This document shows positions 1 through 12,912 of a stretch of DNA of 64,000 nt, piece after piece. This DNA is from Eledone cirrhosa (taxonomy: Eukaryota), in contig OZ024742.1 in NCBI GenBank assembly GCA_964016885.1, positions 206,770,001 to 206,834,000 of the forward strand, in the 5' to 3' direction. Under the pieces are notes generated by a model. The model saw only the letters and a program-made list of their open reading frames with translations, was not told the origin of the DNA and did not search any database. A program made the translations under genes and the position numbers. Each line of letters opens with the position of its first letter. Position 1 is the first letter of the stretch.

Positions 1-31
1 CCGCTTTTCCCTGCTTGTATATATATATATA

Positions 32-1753
32 CTAGCTGCAGTACCCGGTAATACCTGGAAAAAGTATTCGCAGTTCCTAGAGTGCGCCTGAAAATGCTAG
101 TGACTCTGAGTGCCCATTCTGGATTTTCAATAGCAACCTTTGCTAGGTGTGTTTATGGCAGAACAATTTTTTGTGTGGAACTTTCAATAGCTGTTTAAGT
201 CATAAGTCCTTCTTCCATCCAGCTTTCTTCATTCAGAGGGAATAAGCGGGAGTAGTTTGAGCTCGAAGAGTATCGAACTTATTCAACAAAGCTATGTAAA
301 AGAATAGCAAACTTACTGCCTTAGCACTCAAGAACAAACGCAGAACAATTGAGGAAGTCATCGCAATTATTGAAGAAATTATTACCGAGTGAGCATATTC
401 AGATACTGTTCAAGCACCCTATATATCACTGTTTGCCCAGAATGACTGAAACAATTCAATAAAACCATCCCCTTTTCCCCCTATAGTAAACATAACTCGA
501 GAAAACACCATAATAAGTTGGATAAACAATCAGAAGTGTTGGCCCTTTAGTGAGCTAGTCCCAGGGTTACTTACTCCAGTAAGTACCACCGGATCCCAAC
601 TACTAAATTTAATAGAAACATGTGATAGGAGAATTTTCCTATAAATTCATGTCTCGTGAGAGTTATCTCTCACTACAAAAAGTAATGATTAAAAGCAGAA
701 CAATTTTCTCAACCGAGTATCAAAAGTAATTTGCATTTTATTGTAGTCCATGTTACAAAAGAGCAGTAAACAAATGTCTACGTAGCATTACGAGGTATAG
801 TCCAGAACCATAAGATGTGGTTCGAAAAGTGTTAGCATGCTTGTGCTCAATGTGATCAATTTGAAGAAAAACCACCAAAAGAGAAAGATAGATTTGAGTT
901 CCCTCTTTTATAATCCCTTGACCGGAAGTTACAAGGAAGAGTCTAGAATTTCAACGGGAAGTAACTCTAGTTACTTCCTTTGTCTAGAGAGCGCTACAGT
1001 CCTAAAGAGGGCCTTGTAACATTCACTGTTGCAAAGTGTCAATAATGGGGGAGAAGTTACATCTTCTTAATTTATGTTAATCTTACCACGTTCCGACACC
1101 TCGAAATATCGACAAAATAAACTCTACTCTCAAAGACGACATGTTACAATTAACATGCTGGAGGTACAAATATTCGTCAACATACGATTTGGATTTTATT
1201 CTTCGGACTAATCTCATGGTAAGCCAACTTCCCAGTCGTTGATCATCACACTTTTTTGTAACTTATCACCAATTCCTGCAGTTGACCTTGATCTGACCTA
1301 AGCATGTGCACGTGTTCAGAATCCATATCAGTGGATGTGATATATATATATATATATATACAGAGACATCTGTTCAGTCGTCAACCAAAATTAGATTGTC
1401 GTCGGCTTTGTTTGAAATTTCTTTATGTATATTTCTAATAAGTTGTTGCCTCGTTTTGGCAAACTGAGTTGGGGGAGGAGCAAGGGGTGTAGTGGGAGGG
1501 AGGATTTAACATACAATAGTAGTATCTCCTCTTCCCCCTCTCTCACTGAAAGGTCTTCTCTTTCCTCCTCCATTGTAAAGATGTCTGCAGGGGCTCCATT
1601 ACTGATTTTTATTGAAATCCAATTAGCCCGTCCTGTTTCTGAATATTAACATGTATGTAAAGTTTCACCAGGATCGGATCACTGGTGTAGGTGCCAACTG
1701 GTTATACACAGATACACAGACACACAGACAGAAATTGCCATTTATATAATAGA
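32..1753 (-). mobile_element. Non-autonomous Helitron-like element (possibly composite) with ~1.3 kb uncharacterised interior
   Basis: On + it begins A|CTAG followed by a degenerate hairpin (tacccggtaatacctgg). It ends with aagtttc...atcgg, (acag)n and tttatataataga|t, giving TC...CTAG ends on - at an AT site. Whether both ends belong to one copy is uncertain. Confidence 0.5.
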
Positions 1754-1786
<33 letters not shown>

Positions 1787-1791
1787 CATAC

Positions 1792-1827
<36 letters not shown>

Positions 1828-1839
1828 ATGTATATATAT

Positions 1840-2100
1840 ATCATCATCATTGAATGTCTATTTTTCCATACTTGCATGGGTTAGATGGGTTGTCACATTA
1901 TGAGACAAGTGAGGTCTGGAGACCAGGTGATGCTTACACAGATATGTATTTTGGCTTGGTTTCTACTACTGAATGCCCTTCCTAATACCAATTACATTAC
2001 AGCGTGAACTGGATGATTTTTATAGTGACATCGAAAGGAACACCTAATGGAGTGGACTGGCTGAATTTTGGGGTGTCACCAGCATGACCACCTTACAGCC
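1840..2100 (-). mobile_element. RTE-tail / SINE-like repeat, degenerate
   Basis: (CAT)n followed by gcatgggttagatggg...tgcccttcctaatacca, homologous to the 3' UTR at 49330-49635. Confidence 0.6.
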
Positions 2101-2269
2101 AGTATAATCACCTTACAGTCACCCAATAAGCTTCTGCAAAATTCCACTCAACAAGAGGCTATAGTTGAAGACATTTGCACAAGATGCATTGCAGCATGAC
2201 AACCCAAAACCACATAGTTTGAAGTGAAGTCCTTAACTACTCAGCCATACTGAGCATCAATAAATAAAT

Positions 2270-2842
2270 AGGCGATGCCATAGGACTGAGATCTCTGGTG
2301 TTATGCAGTAATACAGAAGATCTGCATTCCCATGAGCACAGATTGAAGTATATGTGTATAGTATACACCACCTTCACCTCCATGTCACCCCATACTTCCA
2401 TACACTTCCAATGAACACAGGCTGAAGCCTACATCTTGTGTGCACTACCTCCCAATCCTTCCATTTACATCCAACGTCCTAACACTCCGCCCCTTATACA
2501 TGCCCAAATACCCACCTCTCCCATCAAAGTCCCCAGCTCACACTGTAAAGTGGTCATGATGGCAACATTACAAAAAGCATCCACCCCACACTGTAAAATG
2601 GTTGTGTAGGTGTCACAACAAAAAGCACTCAGCCCTCACTAAAAAGTGGTCATGTAGGTGTCACGACAAGAAGCACCCAGTTCCCACTGTAAATGTGATT
2701 GAGATTAGGAAGGGCATCCAGCTGAAGAAACCAATCCAAAATCAGTTCTGTATGAGCAAGACATGGTCACCTGACTCAGCATGTCCCACAACAGGACAAC
2801 TAGTCTAACTCATGCTAGCGTTAAATGATGATAATGATGATA
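2270..2842 (+). mobile_element. RTE-like LINE 3' end with tandem aaaaagcaccc..cacactgtaaa units and (GAT)n tail
   Basis: Homologous to 49250-49635 (ttaggaagggcatccagctg, ctaactcatgctagc). Confidence 0.7.
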
Positions 2843-3019
2843 AAGCTTTTTATAAAAATACTTTTTAAGATGTACCCTCTCCAACAAAAAATAGGAAAAA
2901 AAATGTAAACCATCTGATCGAAAATAATGTTGATCATGATGTTATAATTGGTTAAATCATCCCAGTATTTAACTAGTAAGGGTAGTTGATTGGCAGAATC
3001 ATTATAGCATTACAGTATG

Positions 3020-3200
3020 AGGGTGGCATACAGCCCATCGCTGTGGGCAATGTCTTCCGGAGGCTGGCTGTTAAGGTGGTCTGCAGGTCCATCACACCTG
3101 AATTGGGTGAGGAGCTCAGTCCGGTGCAACTAGGTGCCAGTATGTCTGGTGGCTGTGAGGGAGCTGCACATGCAACCAGGCAGTTCTTCAACAAAGCATG
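3020..3200 (+). pseudogene. CRE-clade-like non-LTR reverse transcriptase fragment
   Basis: GGIQPIAVGNVFRRLAVK...LSPVQLGASMSGGCEGAAHATR resembles the CRE RT pattern IRPIAVG..RRL..QxGVG..GG.E..HA.R. Confidence 0.6.
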
Positions 3201-3269
3201 TTGCCTGACGCTCTACCGATTCTGCCAATCCACAGCCTTCATAATAATAATAATAATAATAATCATAAC

Positions 3270-4450
3270 ATCCCTCCACCCAAAACTGACAGCCATGGTC
3301 AATGACTGCTTCTGCTTAGTGTCGGGTGAAGTACCAGATTGATTGACAAAAGGTACCACAGTTAAGGTAATGAAAGACCGAATCAAGGGTAATGGGGTTA
3401 CCAACTATAGACCTATCACATGTCTGTCCGTAATGTGGAAACTGTTGACAAGCATTATGTCTGAGGAAATCTACCATCACCTCCACATAAACAACTTGTT
3501 ACCGGACGAACAGAAAGGATGCCGAAAGAAGTCCCGTGGTACAAAAGACCAGTTACTTATTGACAAGATAGTAATAAGGAATTGCAAGAGGAGGCATACT
3601 GGTCTTGCGATGGGATGGATAGATTACAAGAAGGCATTCGACATGGTACCTCATTCTTGGATAACCAAAAGCCTAGAGATTTTCAAGTTGGCAGAAAACA
3701 TCAGGCAGCTATTAAGTAAAAGTATGAAGTCCTGGGAAACAGGGCTAACATCAGGTGGAGAATCTTTGAGAGGTGTGAAGATCAAGAGAGGTATCTTCAA
3801 GGGAGATAGTTTGTCCCCTTTGTTGTTTGCCCTTACACACATACCCTTGTCCCTCATATTGTGAAAAGTGAGAGCAGGATACAAGCTGGGAAGTGGAGAG
3901 CTTACCATCAACCACCTCCTCTTCGTGGATGATCTAAAACTCTTTGGGAAGAGTGAGAAGGAGTTGGATGTACTTGTTGATACTGTCCGTACTTTCAGCA
4001 ATGATATATGTATGGAATTTGGTGTTAATAAGTGTGGAGTCCTAGTGATGAAGAGGGGTAAATTGAACAGAAGCAACGGAATCCAGGCACCAACAGGTGA
4101 GATGATAAAGGAAATTGACACTGAAGAAGGATACAAATATTTGGGTGTTCTGGAGGCAGATGACATCAAGAACAAAAAAATGAAGGAATTGATAAGATCT
4201 GAGTACATTAGGAGAGTAAGGAACATACTAAAATCATATCTAAATAGTAGGAATGTCATAAGTATTGTAAATTCCTGAGCTGTGACTATTATTAAGTACA
4301 GTGCGTGAATTCTGAATTGAATGTTACTGAACAAAAAGAAATGGATAGGAAGACTATGAAGCTATTGACTATCTACATGTTCCACAAGAGGAGTGATGTC
4401 GATAGACTCTACTTAAAGAGATCTGAAGGTGGAAGAGGTCTTATCAACAG
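3270..4450 (+). mobile_element. R4/Dong-clade non-LTR retrotransposon RT fragment (disrupted)
   Basis: [64 protein letters not shown]. Homologous to ORF 62229-63608 and preceded by a (TAA)n tract. Confidence 0.9.
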
Positions 4451-5725
4451 ATATGGGAAGTTGGGAGCCATTCCGAGGTCTATTATGTCGGGAATAGTGC
4501 TGATGCAGTCCTGGTCGGTTTGGATGAGGATCCCCATTCCAATACCGGACCAGTCCTCTCTCTCAAACTTCTGTACCTGCAGAATGGTTGTTCTATCCTT
4601 GATGCCCGCAAGAACAGACACGACCTGCTAAGGCACGGGTACGTAGGGCGGGACCTGGGTTACCCTGGCCTTTGTAATTTTTTCCCGCCGTAAAATGGGA
4701 CTAACGTTATGTTATCACTCCATAGGGTCCTCAGTGAGTGCGATTTTGCTTCCTGGGTTGTAGCAAAAAGGACGTCCACAGTAACATATTTCTTGTCATG
4801 GGTGATGTGGGTTTTTCGGGCCCACACAGTTCCCAAGGCCTTCTGGATTTGGGCCTCTGAGGTTCTCTCCACACGACGCGATTTCGTGGCAATCGTGCAG
4901 TATGACACTGTGCGTTGCTCTTGTTCCTCTAGGAATTCAGTTGGTGGTTTCAAGGACACTGAAAATTCAGTTCTGGTTACCATGTGTCTTGCAACCGTCT
5001 CCTCCTCTGTGATCAGGACTGTTTCTACGTTGTGAGGCACCTTTGCAAAAGAGATGGTCCCTTTTTCAGTGGCGTCATTGATGCCGCCAATATGGCTGCT
5101 ACTGGTCTTGTTGTTGTTGTTGTTGCTACTGCAACAAATGGTGTTGTTGGTGTTGCTGCTGCTGCTGCTGCTACCACAGGTGTTATTGTTAATTCTGCCA
5201 CTGCAGCTGCTGCTGTTGCTACTTCTACCACAGGTGTTATTGTTAACACTGCCGCTGCTGCTGCTACCTCCTTTGTTGTCAAATACATCAGCAGCAGCCG
5301 CTTTGCGACCACCGCTTGATGAAGAGAAAGAAATGGCCTTTGCCTGACTTTTACTATGTGACAATGAAGAAAAGGAAAAGGAAAGCGAGACTCCACGCTG
5401 ACAGCTGGGTGAAGAAAAAGAAGGTTGAGAATGATACCTTGCTGAAGGAGTAATTTTTGTGTGGAGACATGTTAGAGAAACAGATTTTTTGAATGATGCC
5501 ATTTTTCTTTTTTTTTTTTTTTTGATGGGACGTATTTGCTAAATGCAAAGTTCAAATTGGAATTTAGCCCCGAAGGGCTAAATACCGATTAATTTCGACC
5601 ACCTCAAGAGAAGCGGGGTGTGTTTAAACACAAAACAATATAATTTTTTGCAATAAGTTCGCAATAAAAACTGTTCATAAATCACAAACTTACGGGAACA
5701 AAATTTGCTGCGACGTGTATACTTA
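4451..5725 (-). mobile_element. Tx1/L1-like element, 5' UTR plus ORF1 fragment
   Basis: ORF 4660-5502 (VSYCTIATKSRRVERTSEAQIQKALGTVWARKT..TVDVLFAT) aligns by eye with ORF1 at 34962-35747 (VSYCTIRTKSWQVKREMESQVQKAMGAIWAQKT..TVDVLFAT). Confidence 0.8.
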
Positions 5726-6197
5726 AAATAATAAAAGAATATATGAGCAAAATGTAATATTATAATAGAACAATTTTTTCCTCTTATATAAAAGAGAAAA
5801 ATTAAATAAAATGCAAGAAACTAAATGAAGCTACATGGTTTAGATTGCAGAAATATCCTTTATTTTATTTCAACCTTTCATCCATACTATAATAATAATT
5901 CTTTCTACTTTTGGCACAAGGCCAGCAATTAGCCAGTGCATTACTGGTACTTTATTTTATCGACCCCGTAAGGATGAAAGGCACAGTCAACCTAATAATT
6001 ATTATTATTATCCACCTGTCCCACTGCCACTATCAACATCATTATAAACTACCACTACCAACACCAATATGAACAACGCCAACACTATCACTAACACATT
6101 CACCACTACCACGGCCATCTTCAACACCACCACTACCATCATCAACAACACCACTACCACTACCACATTCAACATCACCACTACCAACACCAACATA

Positions 6198-6422
6198 TAA
6201 GGGCGGTGGATTGGCAGTATCGGTAGAGGGTCGGACACCATGCTTTGCAGCATAGAGTTACGGCCTTTATGATCTGAGTTCAAATCCCGCTGAGGTTAAC
6301 TTTGCTTTTCATCCTTACGGGGTCGATAAAATAAAGTACCAGTCATGCACTGGAGTCAATTTAATCGACTTTCCCCTCCCCTAAAATTGCTGGCCTTGTG
6401 CCTATATAAGAAACCATTATTA
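6198..6422 (+). mobile_element. tRNA-headed SINE family A
   Basis: A-box-like tggcagtatcgg, B-box gttcaaatcc, core ctttgc(c/t)tttcatccttacggggtcgataaaataaagtacc, tail ggccttgtgcc..(att)n. More than 10 copies in the window. Confidence 0.85.
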
Positions 6423-6848
6423 AAGTCTTTTTCACCTTTTCACTTTTGTTTAATTTCCATTTGGTGTTGTTTCGCCTTAATAGATTGTGCTGCTTTGTGT
6501 CAATGGTGTAGGTTGTGGTAGTGGTGGTGGTGTTGCTGTTGGTAGTTGATAATGATACAGTTGGGGATGGTATTGCTAGTAGTGATGTTAATAGTAGCAG
6601 TGGGACAGGTGGTGTGTGTGGGGGGGGGGGGTAATAGTGATAGTAGTGGTAGTAGTGATCATTGGGATGCTGGTGGTTGTAATGGTGATGGTAGCAGTAG
6701 TGGTGCTAGCGGCTTTGTTATTGTTGCTGCTGTTTAACAACAGGTGAGCTCTGAATGAACAGACCTATGAACAAACATATCAAAAATATTCCAGTGAAGA
6801 CCAAGCCATCGTTTCTTATGTGTAGGCAAACCTAGTATCCATTTTTAA

Positions 6849-7046
6849 CCCTTTACTCTATGTATTTACTATTGTATTTCTGCAGTAAAAGCTTTATCTC
6901 ACATAATATCGAATCTATGAGATTTTGATTATATTTCTTTTGAGAACGATCCATTAACATCAGTATGAGTGGCCAGTTACGGCTGGTTTGAACAGAACGA
7001 GGTAAGAAAATTATGGCTGGATACTGCCGGTTTAAATGCTAAAGGG
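6849..7046. mobile_element. piggyBac-type MITE
   Basis: TTAA|CCCTTTA ... TAAAGGG|TTAA. Related copies at ~52052-52272 and ~53050-53218. Inserted into an older dispersed repeat. Confidence 0.8.
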
Positions 7047-7129
7047 TTAAGATTGTGGAGTGTGATTTGAAGGAGGTTTGATTGCTATTTCTAGCGGGTC
7101 CAGTGGCCATGCAGAGACTCCTTCATAGG

Positions 7130-8080
7130 GTTGTGGAGTGAGTGGGTGTTGCAGGTGATGGTGTTGTTGTTGTTGTTGGTCGAGGTAGCATTGTATTGCT
7201 GATGGTGGCAGGGTAACAATATAGTGCTGATGTGGTGGAGTAATGTTGTAGTTGTTGTTGGTTGGTGGTGGTGGTGGTGTTGGCAGTTATTGTTGTAGTT
7301 GATATTATTGTTGATGCTGGTGGGGGGGGGGGCGTAGCATTGTAGTGCTGGTTGTGGTGGTGGCAGTGGTAATGTTGTAGTTGATACTGTTCCTGTTGTT
7401 GGTGTTGGTGGCAGATATAATGTTGTAGTTGATGCTGTTGTTGTTAGTGGTGGTGGTAGAGGTGGAAGGGTTAGGAGTAGTGTATTGGGAGAGTGAAATG
7501 CATAATGGTGATGGTGGAGATGGTAATAGTAGGGCATTAAGGGAGGGGGATTTAATGGTACATGTGATGTTTTGTTGGTGGTTGTAGTGGTGTTAATTGT
7601 GGCAGTGGCGGTAGTGGTGGTGGTGGTGGTGGTGGTTGAAGTGGTGTTAATTGTGGTGTTGGCGGTGGTGGTAGCAATAAAATTGGTGTCAGTGGTGATG
7701 GTAGGAGTGCTGCTGGTGGTGTTGTTGGTGACTGTAGTGGTGCTGGTGGTGTTGTTGGTGGTTATATTGGTGCAGGTGGTGGTGTTGGTGGTTGTAGTGG
7801 TGTTAATTGTGGCAGTGGTGGTGGTTGTGGTGGTGGTGGTGGTGGTGGTGATGGTTGAAGTGGTGTTAATTGTCGTGTTGGCGGTGGTGGTAGCAATAAA
7901 ATTGGTGTCAGTGGTGATGGTAGGAGTGCTGCTGGTGGTGTTGGTGGTTGTAGTGGTGTTAATTGTGGCAGTGGTGGTGGTGGTAGCAGTAGAATTGGTG
8001 GCAGTGGTAATAGTAGTGGTGCTGGTGGTGGTGTTGGTGGTTGTAGTAGTGCTGGTGGTAGTGTTAGTAGTAATGGTATG
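7130..8080. repeat. GGT/GTT low-complexity tract with higher-order duplications
   Basis: gttggtggttgtagtggtgttaattgtggcagtgg recurs at ~7574, ~7784 and ~7940. Confidence 0.85.
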
Positions 8081-8314
8081 TTGTGTGTTGGGAATGTCAA
8101 CAGCAGCAGTTGTGAGATTCTCACTACAGAAAGTGGGGGCTATAGTGTCGTGAATAGCCAACCATACACAACAGTGTATATGTGCATGCATGTATGCCTG
8201 TGTGTATGTACCTGTATGGATATGTATGTATGAATGTTTGTATGTATGTATGTATGATTGATTGTATGTATGGCATTTGTTTATTCTGTAACATAAATAT
8301 ATAAAATACATACA

Positions 8315-8362
<48 letters not shown>

Positions 8363-8439
8363 TGTGTGTGTGTGTGTGCTTGTGTGTGCATGCATGTGTG
8401 TATGGCTTAGAATAGGTACACCATATACACTTGCATGTT

Positions 8440-8930
8440 ATAAGAAGCGACTAAATGGGTTGACCGTGTCTTGCTCAAGCAGAACTGATTTTGGCTTGTT
8501 TTCTATGGCTGGATGCCCCTCCTGATGCCAACCACATTTACAGAGTGGACTGGGTGCTTTTTATTGTTACACCTACTTGACCACTTAACAGTATAGACTG
8601 GCTGCCTTTGGTCATAGCCCCAAAATGATTGACTGTGGGCTGGGGTGGGTTTGTGGGAGGTGCATTTGGATTGAAGAGGTGGATCTAGGGTGGGGCACAT
8701 ATCTGGTGATGGGTGGGAGGTGGATGAAGGATGGGGTGTTAAAACGTGAGTGGAAGGTTAGGACGTGGAAGGTGGATGGAATGCAAAATGGGAGTTAAGG
8801 GAAGAGAGGTGCATACTAGATGTATGCTTCAACCTGTGCACATGTGAGGACGGATCTTCTGTATTACTGCATAATACCAAAGATCTCGAGTCTGTATCAT
8901 CGCCTTAAAGAGGTGCAATTGTGCAAGGTC
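8440..8930 (-). mobile_element. RTE-like LINE 3' end, degenerate
   Basis: Reverse-complement homolog of 2270-2842 and 49190-49560. Confidence 0.65.
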
Positions 8931-9089
8931 TGATTTTATCACCTAATCTTCCTACTCCATAGCTTCCTACACATTCATTTAGATATGTATGTATGTGTGT
9001 AGAGAAACTCCACTGATGATTTTGTAAGGTATTTCATAGTGTTTTTAACCTTTTTTTTGTATTTTATTATATTCATTATTATTTATTTA

Positions 9090-9236
9090 ATGAATGTACA
9101 TATAGTATATTTGATAATATACTGTATGTCTATTTAAAAACATTTTAAAGACCATTTGCTATGAATTTTAAATGGTCTTCAAAATGTTTTAAATAAACAT
9201 ACAGTATATTATCACATATACTGTACATACATTCAT
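9090..9236. repeat. ~147 bp AT-rich fold-back palindrome
   Basis: atgaatgt..tgataatatactgtatgt..aaagaccattt / aaatggtctt..acatacagtatattatca..acattcat. Confidence 0.85.
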
Positions 9237-9606
9237 ATATACATCGCTATTTCAGAGCCCTAATACTAATCCCTATTTACTTAAATTTTTTTTTAGCTAT
9301 TAACTAAATTTTCATTGTTACATTTGTTTGTAATATTGATTAAATAAGACCAGTATTGGTAAAGCTAATTCAACCTGCTCAAAACATCAACCCAAGCCAC
9401 CATTGTACCATTACCTCCTACTTATCTGCTTCTTCCTCTTCATCACCAAACATCCATTCAATCGGTCATCCAACTAACCTTACCACTCAGGTAGTTAAAC
9501 CAGCCGACCAGTCAACCAGCCGGCCAGCCAGCTAGCCATATAGATGGAACTATTTTTAGAGGAATCTATTTGCTGCAACAGAAAGTTTCTTATATGTAAA
9601 TATACG

Positions 9607-9649
<43 letters not shown>

Positions 9650-9653
<4 letters not shown>

Positions 9654-9937
9654 CATTATCATCATCAGCATTTCATTTTACGTCCGCTTTTTCCCTGCTT
9701 GCAAGGGTGGGACGGGAACTGATTCTGGCTTGATTTCTACAGCTGGATGCCCTTCCTAACACCAACCTCATTTACAGTGAGTGCTGGGTGCTTTTTTTTT
9801 CCCGTGGCGCCTACACGTCCACTTTACAGTGGAATGACCCCAGTCCTATCATCTCATTTCTACAGCTGAGTAAACTGGAGCAATGTGAAATAATGTGTTT
9901 GGCTCAAGGAAACAACACATCACCCGGTCTGAGAATT
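9650..9937 (-). mobile_element. Chimeric SINE family B (CORE-like body plus RTE tail), 5'-truncated
   Basis: Reverse complement of 56465-56727. Confidence 0.8.
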
Positions 9938-9953
9938 GTATATATATATATAA

Positions 9954-9993
<40 letters not shown>

Positions 9994-10346
9994 GTGGTAG
10001 TTTTCATTTTTTGTTGGTTAAATGAAACTTGTGGAGAGTGATTATGCAACTGTTAATGAAGAAGCAACTTATCAGATAGATTTCTCAATGTGTATAATTG
10101 AGTCCTGCAAATTAATATTCCAGATGTTAATCCACAAGTATTTTTCAGGTTTCAATAATTCATGGAGTATGTATAAGTTAATATGTTAGGAAAAGCATGC
10201 CTTGTCTGTTTTTCTTAACATATATATCGCTGTAATAACCGTGAATCTGAGAGAAGAATATGTTCAATAAAATCATAATTAACTAATCCTCTCGCAGTTT
10301 CTTTTACCCATAGCCAGCAACTCGTATATATCATCATCATCAGCAT

Positions 10347-10443
<97 letters not shown>

Positions 10444-10509
10444 CATCATCATCATCATCATCATCGTTTAACGTCCATCTTCCACGCTTGCATGGGTTTG
10501 GACGGTATA

Positions 10510-10562
<53 letters not shown>

Positions 10563-10569
<7 letters not shown>

Positions 10570-10730
10570 ATGTAGAAATGGCTTCTACAGGACTAGAACT
10601 GTTTCATTCAAAGGAAATCATTTGAATGAAACAGTACTAATCCTGTAGAAGCCATTTCTACATTAAATATTTATACTCCATTATGTATTGAGTACCTTAC
10701 TCACTGTGGTTACCTCCGAACCCGGGATAC
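10563..10730. mobile_element. Fold-back palindrome (10563-10670) plus one-sided tail, hammerhead 3'-half type
   Basis: Near-perfect inverted repeat with gaaacagttctagtc on -, then tail actccattatgtattgagtacctt. A related fragment lies at 21570-21695. Confidence 0.7.
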
Positions 10731-10749
10731 ACACACACACATATATATA

Positions 10750-10862
10750 TGGGAAAAGAGTCAGGACCCCTCTTTTCCTATTACCCACTCTACTACCCTA
10801 TGTATTGAGTACTTTGGTGCGTTATGGTCCACCTGGTTCCTTACCATGCTTCCTTTGTTTTA
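10750..10862 (+). mobile_element. Collapsed copy of the 27546/56229 palindrome family
   Basis: ggaaaagagtcaggacc/ctcttttcc hairpin plus tail tattacccactctactacccta..ttgagtact.tggtgcgttatggtcca, matching the reverse complement of 56165-56250. Confidence 0.75.
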
Positions 10863-10889
10863 TATATATATATATATATATATACCATC

Positions 10890-10925
<36 letters not shown>

Positions 10926-11725
10926 TAGCAGCACTACCTAGTGTTGCCAGGGTAGGTAATATCTGCTTTGATGAAAAGGTGTTGATCTTAGCGACTGCTT
11001 CTCGATGACTCATCTATTGCCACACACAGGCGATGCGGGGGAGTGTGGTGATGACCTCTATCACTGAGAAACGCGGGTGACTGACGAAGGAGCATGCTGG
11101 GGGAGGGAGTTTCGAATTTGAACGAAATCGGTTGAAAAATATGGGATCTAGAGCCAAAAAGGCGGAATTTTTTTGCGAAAAGGTGGTATTTTCTAATATT
11201 TAAGCTGCTGCCACGCTGTTCCTTAACAAAAAATCCAAAATGTAAAGCCACTTTAAGACGTGAAATAATCAGATCTAGCGTAGTGTAAAATTTGAACAAA
11301 GTAGGTTGATTAATATGGGAGCTAGAGCCGAAAAAGTGGAAATTTAAGTCTAAAAGTGATATTTTTGAATATTTAAGCGGTTGCTACGTCGTCCCTGAAC
11401 AACAAATGCAAAATATAAAGCGATTACAGGATGTGCAATGATAAATTCTATTTTGCTTTAAAATTTGAACGATATCGGTGGCAAAATGTGGGAGCTAGAG
11501 TCAAAAATCTTATTTTTCTATACCTAAAAAAAGGTGACCCCCCTATCGATTTTATCTGCAGAATAACCCCGGAATAAAAAAAAAACGATACGCTTATATA
11601 CAGAAAAGACTCCCCGATGACTAATTTATGAGCCTGTAAAGTTTCATGAAATCGGTCGTAAGATGTAGGCTCCTACAGGTAAAACACAGACACACACACA
11701 CATATCCTTAATTTTATATATATAC

Positions 11726-11728
<3 letters not shown>
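10926..11728 (-). mobile_element. Non-autonomous Helitron-like element with internal subrepeats
   Basis: A|CTAGcagcactacctagtgttgccagggta ... aagtttcatgaaatcgg..acacagac..ttttatatatatacaga|t. Internal repeats atttgaac..tgggagctagagcc occur three times. Confidence 0.75.
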
Positions 11729-11778
<50 letters not shown>

Positions 11779-11814
11779 GGTACGTGTGTTGTATGTTCAT
11801 ATATAAAAGGTCTT

Positions 11815-12470
11815 TTCTTTAGACATCGTGAAGGGAGTTAAGCAGGGGATGTACTATCAGCACTCCTTTTCTGTATAGTTATAGCTGCACTTATCTACCA
11901 AGCTGAAGAAGAATGCCCCTCTGGTTATCAAATAGGATGTAAAATCCTATCAAATCTTAGCTATACAGAGTATCCGGCCACCATGAGTTACTCTAGAACT
12001 GATCTGCAAGACTTTCTGAATGTACTGGCCAAACATTCGTTGGAGGCTGACTTACACATCAACATCTCCAGAACAAAGTGTATGACAACTGATAAAAATA
12101 ATGCCAACCTCCAACTCACAATCTCCAACCAGCAAATTGCTCAAGTTATGGAGTTTGTATATCTCGGTCATAAACTATCATCAAACAACAATGGAATGGT
12201 TGCTGCACAATATCGCATCAATCTAGGTTGGGCAGCTTTCAACAAGAACAAGGAAGTACTAACATCAAAACAAGTTTCCTGTCATTTGAAGTATCTTTGA
12301 TACTTACATCCTACCAGTTGTGTTATATGGTCTTGACTGTGTTATTTGGACGACAAGGTCACTTCAGAAGCTCTCTACATACCAGAACCACATCATGAGA
12401 CTTATGGCTGGCAAGCGGCTAAGCGACTCTATCTGTATCAGTGAGCTGCTCAACCGTATCAAACTTAGAC
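11815..12470 (+). pseudogene. Non-LTR (RTE/L2-like) RT fragment
   Basis: GVKQG..LSALLFCIV, INISRTKCM, EFVYLGH, WAAF, LPVVLYGL motifs with frameshifts. Confidence 0.75.
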
Positions 12471-12475
12471 CAATT

Positions 12476-12912
12476 ACATGGCCTGTATAAGTTGCCTGGG
12501 TTCAATATATATATCTTCAGTTGTTTTTAAAAGTTCTTAAATTTATACATAGATATACTTATTGTTATCAAAATCTATACATAGAAAGTTTTATCTTTTT
12601 AGTAATATCTAGACCATATTTACTATATGTTGCTCTGAAATGATATATGAATTTTTACTTACATTATAATTATAATTTATATTATAATTATAATGTAAGT
12701 AAAAATTCATATATTATTTCAGAGCAACATATAGTAAATATGGTCTAGATATTACTAAAAAGATAAAACTTTCTATGTATAGATTTTGATAACAATAAGT
12801 ATATCTATGTATAAATTTGATAATACTAAGTATTTGTATGTATAAATTTAAGAACTTTTAAAAACAACCAAAGATATATATGTTGTACCCAGGCAATTTA
12901 TACAGGCCATGT
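12476..12912. repeat. ~437 bp near-perfect palindrome, with one-sided tail to ~13130
   Basis: acatggcctgtataa..ctagaccatatttactatatgttgctctgaaa / tttcagagcaacatatagtaaatatggtctag..ttatacaggccatgt. Centre at ~12678 with a 4-nt loop; ~30 nt extra in the right arm. Confidence 0.92.

Noticed and set aside
3651-4334. 227-aa minus-strand ORF, and similar ORFs antisense to RTE/Tx1 copies
   Set aside because: Antisense shadows of retrotransposon coding sequence.
7091-8395. 434-aa Thr-rich mucin-like ORF
   Set aside because: It is a translation of (CA)n and ACC/AAC low-complexity repeats. Overlapping frames are equally open and there is no domain signal.
9010-9045. CTGATGA near the 9090 palindrome
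   Set aside because: No GAAA or stem I partner in the required arrangement.
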